From Azolla caroliniana (taxonomy: Eukaryota > Plantae > Polypodiophyta), in the NCBI GenBank assembly GCA_043228905.1, contig JBHGNT010000585.1:1-19950 (forward strand): DNA of 19,950 bases, in the 5' to 3' direction. The notes below the pieces were generated by a model that saw only the letters and a program-made list of their open reading frames with translations, did not search any database and was not told where the DNA came from. The position numbers were made by a program, and so were the translations under genes. The first letter of the stretch is position 1. Each line of letters opens with the position of its first letter. This document shows positions 1 to 7,169 of this stretch, one piece after another.

Positions 1-561
1 AGAGACAACAAGAGAGACTCCGAAGAGGAAAGGGAACGTCGTAGCCGTGGTCGCGATGAGCCACGTGACGAGGAACTGAGGCGAGAGTGCGGTGATTTCA
101 TCGACAAGCAGATCCGAGAGCTACAAGAGCGCTCCGAAAGAGAGGAAGGTGAACAAGGACGTCGCTCCCCATGGATCGAAAACACTCGATACTCAAGACC
201 CTCGGAACGGTGCTGCAGGAACGTCGAACGAATCCCCGCCGAAGATCGATGCGATCGCCTACGTGATGCCTTGTATGCTGACGAGGAGGAACGACGCAAT
301 GATGAAGGCCGACGCCATGGCCAACAATCAAGGGAACACCGTAGCTGGGAGGAAGAGGACGAGGAGCGCGAGAGAGATAGCAGCCGTGAGCGACGAGAGG
401 GTGACGAACGCCGCCACCGCATGTCTCGACGACAAGAGGACGAACGTCAACAACGTCGCCAATTCAAGGCCGATGACGAGGAAAGAGCTCTAGGCGTCGC
501 CGCCTCCCGCCTACTCCAACAGTGCGATCTTCGCCCTCGTGCTTGTATTCGTCGCTTCTAA
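1..561 (+). CDS. Arg/Glu-rich 2S-albumin-like storage protein precursor, 5'-truncated copy (residues 76-261)
   Basis: Frame 1 from base 1 reads RDNKRDSEEE...RACIRRF-TAA, the same as residues 76-261 of the full copies. The start lies upstream of the window. Confidence 0.85.
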   Translation, partial: RDNKRDSEEERERRSRGRDEPRDEELRRECGDFIDKQIRELQERSEREEGEQGRRSPWIENTRYSRPSERCCRNVERIPAEDRCDRLRDALYADEEERRNDEGRRHGQQSREHRSWEEEDEERERDSSRERREGDERRHRMSRRQEDERQQRRQFKADDEERALGVAASRLLQQCDLRPRACIRRF

Positions 562-660
562 ATAGTACATAAACCTTGTTCAAATTATTCTCGTGGTCTC
601 TCTCTAATTTCTCGTAAGTGTTTACGAACAAGTGCGTCTCCCCAATCGCGCATTACACCC

Positions 661-723
661 ACACGAACGTAAACACGAGCACCAACGTCCCTCCAACACG
701 AACGTAGACACGACCACCAACGT
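661..723 (+). repeat. Imperfect 28-bp direct repeat (period 35 bp) in the 3' flank; present in every unit
   Basis: 661-688 acacgaacgtaaacacgagcaccaacgt versus 696-723 acacgaacgtagacacgaccaccaacgt, 26/28 identical. Confidence 0.9.
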
Positions 724-1062
724 ATAGAATTTGCCTATAGGGACCGCAAACCACCCAAACGGAAAAAAAACATCAAAGCGGAACACCCACCCATACCGCA
801 CACGCCACGGCAACGGCTAAGGTCAACTTGTACACGCGGCGAATGTGAACTTGCTTCCACACTTGCCCGATAGGACACTCCTAGTGTGGTAGTCCGGTTA
901 GCTTTCCTTGTCGTCGTCGTTACCAACCCCTCGTCCGAACGAGCGAGTACGGACACCGGTCTATCTACGTTCATCGATGTAGCACACTCGGGAGCCACCA
1001 CTCGTCCCGCAGTAGCCTCCGCGTGCTTAGTGTCTCGGCACTAGCGCGTGCTAGTTTAATGT

Positions 1063-1070
1063 GCACGTGC
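1063..1070. promoter_or_regulatory. G-box (CACGTG within palindromic GCACGTGC), candidate bZIP/bHLH site; present in every unit
   Basis: CACGTG at 1064-1069, about 360 nt upstream of the ATG. Further ACGT cores occur at 1112-1117 (TACGTA), 1229-1234 (GACGTG) and 1291-1296 (CACGTT). Confidence 0.5.
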
Positions 1071-1153
1071 CCGCACACCCCTACGCGCACGCGCGAGTGC
1101 GCACATCTACCTACGTATGTATAAATGTTATGTTGCTCGACAAGCTCTCGCGC

Positions 1154-1168
1154 GAGGAGGAGGAGGAG
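1154..1168 (+). repeat. (GAG)5 microsatellite in the upstream spacer; (GAG)4 in one unit
   Basis: gaggaggaggaggag at 1154-1168 and equivalent positions. Confidence 0.9.
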
Positions 1169-1319
1169 TACCCGCCACAGGTTGCGCCCAGATTGTCTGG
1201 TGACAATACGACACCTAGGACTAGCCTAGACGTGTGGGAGGGTGGACTAGTTGGTATGGGTCTTGGGCAAGAGTTGTACGCAGGGACACACACGTTATGG
1301 TAATGGGAGTGGTGAGTGA

Positions 1320-1342
1320 CATGCATGTGCTCTGATTGCATG
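1320..1342. promoter_or_regulatory. RY elements (CATGCATG at 1320-1327; second core TGCATG at 1337-1342), B3-domain ABI3/FUS3/LEC2-type sites; present in every unit
   Basis: A perfect RY octamer lies 108 nt upstream of the ATG, just 5' of the TATA box. RY elements are the established hallmark of seed storage protein promoters. Confidence 0.75.
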
Positions 1343-1350
1343 GCCATGTG

Positions 1351-1360
1351 TATATATTAA
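1351..1360 (+). promoter_or_regulatory. TATA box (TATATATTAA); present in every unit
   Basis: AT-only island in a GC-rich context, 77 nt upstream of the ATG. This implies a TSS near 1379-1390 (caatacaatc) and a 5' UTR of about 40-50 nt. Confidence 0.75.
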
Positions 1361-1427
1361 AGGTGGAGGGAGCAATGTCAATACAATCCATTAGGAGACA
1401 AGCACCGGGATCATAAGGACAATCGCA

Positions 1428-1496
1428 ATGGCAAAGCTTACTTCCGTATTCCTCATGGCCGTGATCATGCTCGCCGCGTGTACCGCGGCCAATGCT
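1428..1496 (+). other. Signal peptide coding region (residues 1-23)
   Basis: Basic N-terminus (K3), hydrophobic core VFLMAVIMLAA and an A-x-A cleavage motif (ANA|RS), followed by an abrupt switch to charged sequence. Confidence 0.85.
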
Positions 1497-2213
1497 AGGT
1501 CTGTAGGGCGGGACCGTGAAGAGGAGCGACGCGATCGACGTCGTGAGGGAGACATTGACGAGGAGAGGCGCGACCGACGCCGAGAGGGGGAGTGCGATGA
1601 CGAGAGGCGCGAGCGACGTCGTGAGGGGTTCCTTGAGGAGGGGCGCCGCTACAGAGACAACAAGAGAGACTCCGAAGAGGAAAGGGAACGTCGTAGCCGT
1701 GGTCGCGATGAGCCACGTGACGAGGAACTGAGGCGAGAGTGCGGTGATTTCATCGACAAGCAGATCCGAGAGCTACAAGAGCGCTCCGAAAGAGAGGAAG
1801 GTGAACAAGGACGTCGCTCCCCATGGATCGAAAACACTCGATACTCAAGACCCTCGGAACGGTGCTGCAGGAACGTCGAACGAATCCCCGCCGAAGATCG
1901 ATGCGATCGCCTACGTGATGCCTTGTATGCTGACGAGGAGGAACGACGCAATGATGAAGGCCGACGCCATGGCCAACAATCAAGGGAACACCGTAGCTGG
2001 GAGGAAGAGGACGAGGAGCGCGAGAGAGATAGCAGCCGTGAGCGACGAGAGGGTGACGAACGCCGCCACCGCATGTCTCGACGACAAGAGGACGAACGTC
2101 AACAACGTCGCCAATTCAAGGCCGATGACGAGGAAAGAGCTCTAGGCGTCGCCGCCTCCCGCCTACTCCAACAGTGCGATCTTCGCCCTCGTGCTTGTAT
2201 TCGTCGCTTCTAA
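1428..2213 (+). CDS. Arg/Glu-rich 2S-albumin-like (prolamin superfamily) storage protein precursor, 261 aa, intronless
   Basis: ATG in a plant-like context (gcaATGGCa). The signal peptide MAKLTSVFLMAVIMLAACTAANA ends in A-N-A. Cys occur at 56, 105, 146, 147, 159, 250 and 257, with 2S-albumin-like spacing (CC-x11-C, C-x6-C). RY, G-box and TATA motifs lie upstream. The family call comes from motif recognition, not a database search. Confidence 0.85.
   Translation: MAKLTSVFLMAVIMLAACTAANARSVGRDREEERRDRRREGDIDEERRDRRREGECDDERRERRREGFLEEGRRYRDNKRDSEEERERRSRGRDEPRDEELRRECGDFIDKQIRELQERSEREEGEQGRRSPWIENTRYSRPSERCCRNVERIPAEDRCDRLRDALYADEEERRNDEGRRHGQQSREHRSWEEEDEERERDSSRERREGDERRHRMSRRQEDERQQRRQFKADDEERALGVAASRLLQQCDLRPRACIRRF
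1512..1628 (+). repeat. Three in-frame 39-bp (13-aa) coding repeats: DREEERRDRRREG / DIDEERRDRRREG / ECDDERRERRREG
   Basis: Visible in both protein and DNA at 1512-1550, 1551-1589 and 1590-1628. The repeats are diverged from each other at synonymous and non-synonymous sites. Confidence 0.9.
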
Positions 2214-3079
2214 ATAGTACATAAACCTTGTTCAAATTATTCTCGTGGTCTCTCTCTAATTTCTCGTAAGTGTTTACGAACAAGTGCGTCTCCCCAATCG
2301 CGCATTACACCCACACGAACGTAAACACGAGCACCAACGTCCCTCCAACACGAACGTAGACACGACCACCAACGTATAGAATTTGCCTATAGGGACCGCA
2401 AACCACCCAAACGGAAAAAAAACATCAAAGCGGAACACCCACCCATACCGCACACGCCACGGCAACGGCTAAGGTCAACTTGTACACGCGGCGAATGTGA
2501 ACTTGCTTCCACACTTGCCCGATAGGACACTCCTAGTGTGGTAGTCCGGTTAGCTTTCCTTGTCGTCGTCGTTACCAACCCCTCGTCCGAACGAGCGAGT
2601 ACGGACACCGGTCTATCTACGTTCATCGATGTAGCACACTCGGGAGCCACCACTCGTCCCGCAGTAGCCTCCGCGTGCTTAGTGTCTCGGCACTAGCGCG
2701 TGCTAGTTTAATGTGCACGTGCCCGCACACCCCTACGCGCACGCGCGAGTGCGCACATCTACCTACGTATGTATAAATGTTATGTTGCTCGACAAGCTCT
2801 CGCGCGAGGAGGAGGAGGAGTACCCGCCACAGGTTGCGCCCAGATTGTCTGGTGACAATACGACACCTAGGACTAGCCTAGACGTGTGGGAGGGTGGACT
2901 AGTTGGTATGGGTCTTGGGCAAGAGTTGTACGCAGGGACACACACGTTATGGTAATGGGAGTGGTGAGTGACATGCATGTGCTCTGATTGCATGGCCATG
3001 TGTATATATTAAAGGTGGAGGGAGCAATGTCAATACAATCCATTAGGAGACAAGCACCGGGATCATAAGGACAATCGCA

Positions 3080-3865
3080 ATGGCAAAGCTTACTTCCGTA
3101 TTCCTCATGGCCGTGATCATGCTCGCCGCGTGTACCGCGGCCAATGCTAGGTCTGTAGGGCGGGACCGTGAAGAGGAGCGACGCGATCGACGTCGTGAGG
3201 GAGACATTGACGAGGAGAGGCGCGACCGACGCCGAGAGGGGGAGTGCGATGACGAGAGGCGCGAGCGACGTCGTGAGGGGTTCCTTGAGGAGGGGCGCCG
3301 CTACAGAGACAACAAGAGAGACTCCGAAGAGGAAAGGGAACGTCGTAGCCGTGGTCGCGATGAGCCACGTGACGAGGAACTGAGGCGAGAGTGCGGTGAT
3401 TTCATCGACAAGCAGATCCGAGAGCTACAAGAGCGCTCCGAAAGAGAGGAAGGTGAACAAGGACGTCGCTCCCCATGGATCGAAAACACTCGATACTCAA
3501 GACCCTCGGAACGGTGCTGCAGGAACGTCGAACGAATCCCCGCCGAAGATCGATGCGATCGCCTACGTGATGCCTTGTATGCTGACGAGGAGGAACGACG
3601 CAATGATGAAGGCCGACGCCATGGCCAACAATCAAGGGAACACCGTAGCTGGGAGGAAGAGGACGAGGAGCGCGAGAGAGATAGCAGCCGTGAGCGACGA
3701 GAGGGTGACGAACGCCGCCACCGCATGTCTCGACGACAAGAGGACGAACGTCAACAACGTCGCCAATTCAAGGCCGATGACGAGGAAAGAGCTCTAGGCG
3801 TCGCCGCCTCCCGCCTACTCCAACAGTGCGATCTTCGCCCTCGTGCTTGTATTCGTCGCTTCTAA
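3080..3865 (+). CDS. 2S-albumin-like storage protein precursor, 261 aa (identical copy)
   Basis: Translation identical to 1428..2213. Confidence 0.85.
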   Translation: MAKLTSVFLMAVIMLAACTAANARSVGRDREEERRDRRREGDIDEERRDRRREGECDDERRERRREGFLEEGRRYRDNKRDSEEERERRSRGRDEPRDEELRRECGDFIDKQIRELQERSEREEGEQGRRSPWIENTRYSRPSERCCRNVERIPAEDRCDRLRDALYADEEERRNDEGRRHGQQSREHRSWEEEDEERERDSSRERREGDERRHRMSRRQEDERQQRRQFKADDEERALGVAASRLLQQCDLRPRACIRRF

Positions 3866-4731
3866 ATAGTACATAAACCTTGTTCAAATTATTCTCGTGG
3901 TCTCTCTCTAATTTCTCGTAAGTGTTTACGAACAAGTGCGTCTCCCCAATCGCGCATTACACCCACACGAACGTAAACACGAGCACCAACGTCCCTCCAA
4001 CACGAACGTAGACACGACCACCAACGTATAGAATTTGCCTATAGGGACCGCAAACCACCCAAACGGAAAAAAAACATCAAAGCGGAACACCCACCCATAC
4101 CGCACACGCCACGGCAACGGCTAAGGTCAACTTGTACACGCGGCGAATGTGAACTTGCTTCCACACTTGCCCGATAGGACACTCCTAGTGTGGTAGTCCG
4201 GTTAGCTTTCCTTGTCGTCGTCGTTACCAACCCCTCGTCCGAACGAGCGAGTACGGACACCGGTCTATCTACGTTCATCGATGTAGCACACTCGGGAGCC
4301 ACCACTCGTCCCGCAGTAGCCTCCGCGTGCTTAGTGTCTCGGCACTAGCGCGTGCTAGTTTAATGTGCACGTGCCCGCACACCCCTACGCGCACGCGCGA
4401 GTGCGCACATCTACCTACGTATGTATAAATGTTATGTTGCTCGACAAGCTCTCGCGCGAGGAGGAGGAGGAGTACCCGCCACAGGTTGCGCCCAGATTGT
4501 CTGGTGACAATACGACACCTAGGACTAGCCTAGACGTGTGGGAGGGTGGACTAGTTGGTATGGGTCTTGGGCAAGAGTTGTACGCAGGGACACACACGTT
4601 ATGGTAATGGGAGTGGTGAGTGACATGCATGTGCTCTGATTGCATGGCCATGTGTATATATTAAAGGTGGAGGGAGCAATGTCAATACAATCCATTAGGA
4701 GACAAGCACCGGGATCATAAGGACAATCGCA

Positions 4732-5517
4732 ATGGCAAAGCTTACTTCCGTATTCCTCATGGCCGTGATCATGCTCGCCGCGTGTACCGCGGCCAATGCT
4801 AGGTCTGTAGGGCGGGACCGTGAAGAGGAGCGACGCGATCGACGTCGTGAGGGAGACATTGACGAGGAGAGGCGCGACCGACGCCGAGAGGGGGAGTGCG
4901 ATGACGAGAGGCGCGAGCGACGTCGTGAGGGGTTCCTTGAGGAGGGGCGCCGCTACAGAGACAACAAGAGAGACTCCGAAGAGGAAAGGGAACGTCGTAG
5001 CCGTGGTCGCGATGAGCCACGTGACGAGGAACTGAGGCGAGAGTGCGGTGATTTCATCGACAAGCAGATCCGAGAGCTACAAGAGCGCTCCGAAAGAGAG
5101 GAAGGTGAACAAGGACGTCGCTCCCCATGGATCGAAAACACTCGATACTCAAGACCCTCGGAACGGTGCTGCAGGAACGTCGAACGAATCCCCGCCGAAG
5201 ATCGATGCGATCGCCTACGTGATGCCTTGTATGCTGACGAGGAGGAACGACGCAATGATGAAGGCCGACGCCATGGCCAACAATCAAGGGAACACCGTAG
5301 CTGGGAGGAAGAGGACGAGGAGCGCGAGAGAGATAGCAGCCGTGAGCGACGAGAGGGTGACGAACGCCGCCACCGCATGTCTCGACGACAAGAGGACGAA
5401 CGTCAACAACGTCGCCAATTCAAGGCCGATGACGAGGAAAGAGCTCTAGGCGTCGCCGCCTCCCGCCTACTCCAACAGTGCGATCTTCGCCCTCGTGCTT
5501 GTATTCGTCGCTTCTAA
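4732..5517 (+). CDS. 2S-albumin-like storage protein precursor, 261 aa (identical copy)
   Basis: Translation identical to 1428..2213. Confidence 0.85.
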   Translation: MAKLTSVFLMAVIMLAACTAANARSVGRDREEERRDRRREGDIDEERRDRRREGECDDERRERRREGFLEEGRRYRDNKRDSEEERERRSRGRDEPRDEELRRECGDFIDKQIRELQERSEREEGEQGRRSPWIENTRYSRPSERCCRNVERIPAEDRCDRLRDALYADEEERRNDEGRRHGQQSREHRSWEEEDEERERDSSRERREGDERRHRMSRRQEDERQQRRQFKADDEERALGVAASRLLQQCDLRPRACIRRF

Positions 5518-6383
5518 ATAGTACATAAACCTTGTTCAAATTATTCTCGTGGTCTCTCTCTAATTTCTCGTAAGTGTTTACGAACAAGTGCGTCTCCCCA
5601 ATCGCGCATTACACCCACACGAACGTAAACACGAGCACCAACGTCCCTCCAACACGAACGTAGACACGACCACCAACGTATAGAATTTGCCTATAGGGAC
5701 CGCAAACCACCCAAACGGAAAAAAAACATCAAAGCGGAACACCCACCCATACCGCACACGCCACGGCAACGGCTAAGGTCAACTTGTACACGCGGCGAAT
5801 GTGAACTTGCTTCCACACTTGCCCGATAGGACACTCCTAGTGTGGTAGTCCGGTTAGCTTTCCTTGTCGTCGTCGTTACCAACCCCTCGTCCGAACGAGC
5901 GAGTACGGACACCGGTCTATCTACGTTCATCGATGTAGCACACTCGGGAGCCACCACTCGTCCCGCAGTAGCCTCCGCGTGCTTAGTGTCTCGGCACTAG
6001 CGCGTGCTAGTTTAATGTGCACGTGCCCGCACACCCCTACGCGCACGCGCGAGTGCGCACATCTACCTACGTATGTATAAATGTTATGTTGCTCGACAAG
6101 CTCTCGCGCGAGGAGGAGGAGGAGTACCCGCCACAGGTTGCGCCCAGATTGTCTGGTGACAATACGACACCTAGGACTAGCCTAGACGTGTGGGAGGGTG
6201 GACTAGTTGGTATGGGTCTTGGGCAAGAGTTGTACGCAGGGACACACACGTTATGGTAATGGGAGTGGTGAGTGACATGCATGTGCTCTGATTGCATGGC
6301 CATGTGTATATATTAAAGGTGGAGGGAGCAATGTCAATACAATCCATTAGGAGACAAGCACCGGGATCATAAGGACAATCGCA

Positions 6384-7169
6384 ATGGCAAAGCTTACTTC
6401 CGTATTCCTCATGGCCGTGATCATGCTCGCCGCGTGTACCGCGGCCAATGCTAGGTCTGTAGGGCGGGACCGTGAAGAGGAGCGACGCGATCGACGTCGT
6501 GAGGGAGACATTGACGAGGAGAGGCGCGACCGACGCCGAGAGGGGGAGTGCGATGACGAGAGGCGCGAGCGACGTCGTGAGGGGTTCCTTGAGGAGGGGC
6601 GCCGCTACAGAGACAACAAGAGAGACTCCGAAGAGGAAAGGGAACGTCGTAGCCGTGGTCGCGATGAGCCACGTGACGAGGAACTGAGGCGAGAGTGCGG
6701 TGATTTCATCGACAAGCAGATCCGAGAGCTACAAGAGCGCTCCGAAAGAGAGGAAGGTGAACAAGGACGTCGCTCCCCATGGATCGAAAACACTCGATAC
6801 TCAAGACCCTCGGAACGGTGCTGCAGGAACGTCGAACGAATCCCCGCCGAAGATCGATGCGATCGCCTACGTGATGCCTTGTATGCTGACGAGGAGGAAC
6901 GACGCAATGATGAAGGCCGACGCCATGGCCAACAATCAAGGGAACACCGTAGCTGGGAGGAAGAGGACGAGGAGCGCGAGAGAGATAGCAGCCGTGAGCG
7001 ACGAGAGGGTGACGAACGCCGCCACCGCATGTCTCGACGACAAGAGGACGAACGTCAACAACGTCGCCAATTCAAGGCCGATGACGAGGAAAGAGCTCTA
7101 GGCGTCGCCGCCTCCCGCCTACTCCAACAGTGCGATCTTCGCCCTCGTGCTTGTATTCGTCGCTTCTAA
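6384..7169 (+). CDS. 2S-albumin-like storage protein precursor, 261 aa (identical copy)
   Basis: Translation identical to 1428..2213. Confidence 0.85.
   Translation: MAKLTSVFLMAVIMLAACTAANARSVGRDREEERRDRRREGDIDEERRDRRREGECDDERRERRREGFLEEGRRYRDNKRDSEEERERRSRGRDEPRDEELRRECGDFIDKQIRELQERSEREEGEQGRRSPWIENTRYSRPSERCCRNVERIPAEDRCDRLRDALYADEEERRNDEGRRHGQQSREHRSWEEEDEERERDSSRERREGDERRHRMSRRQEDERQQRRQFKADDEERALGVAASRLLQQCDLRPRACIRRF

Noticed and set aside
661-723. CRISPR-like repeat or CRISPR array interpretation
   Set aside because: There are only two copies separated by 7 bp, no unique spacers and no cas genes, and the context is eukaryotic.
622-1347. Short spacer ORFs (63, 88, 80 and 78 aa)
   Set aside because: They have no domain features, several begin at non-ATG codons, and they overlap promoter motifs. 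Their recurrence reflects only the DNA repeat. The in-frame 3-bp deletion is explained by triplet slippage, not coding constraint.
562-1427. Transposon (Helitron CTAG-hairpin end, MITE, LTR/PBS) as the amplifying agent
   Set aside because: Short hairpins and CTAGs exist, but there are no terminal inverted repeats, target-site duplication, tRNA primer-binding site or transposase/RT/Rep coding sequence that I can support.
562-1427. 5S rRNA, tRNA or snRNA gene in the spacer (as in rDNA- or histone-linked arrays)
   Set aside because: I found no recognisable 5S, tRNA cloverleaf or A/B-box, or snRNA sequence on either strand by eye. An Infernal/Rfam scan would be decisive.
1649-2074. 141-aa Ser/Arg-rich minus-strand ORF (SR-protein-like appearance) and its copies
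   Set aside because: It is the antisense shadow of the GAG/GAC/CGA-rich coding strand, with no RRM or other domain and no separate promoter evidence.
1495-2145. Overlapping alternative-frame ORFs (133 aa and 71 aa on +; 73 aa and 77 aa on -)
   Set aside because: They lie wholly inside the main CDS, have no recognisable motifs, and are expected from stop-poor GC-rich low-complexity sequence.
1428-2213. Alternative identities: nsLTP, LEA/dehydrin, vicilin-buried alpha-hairpinin, trichohyalin/caldesmon-like or animal neuropeptide precursor
   Set aside because: It lacks the compact hydrophobic nsLTP body, dehydrin K-segments, CxxxC pairs and a cupin domain. Similarity to R/E-rich animal proteins would be purely compositional. 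The CC-containing skeleton plus RY/G-box promoter fits a 2S-albumin-type gene better.
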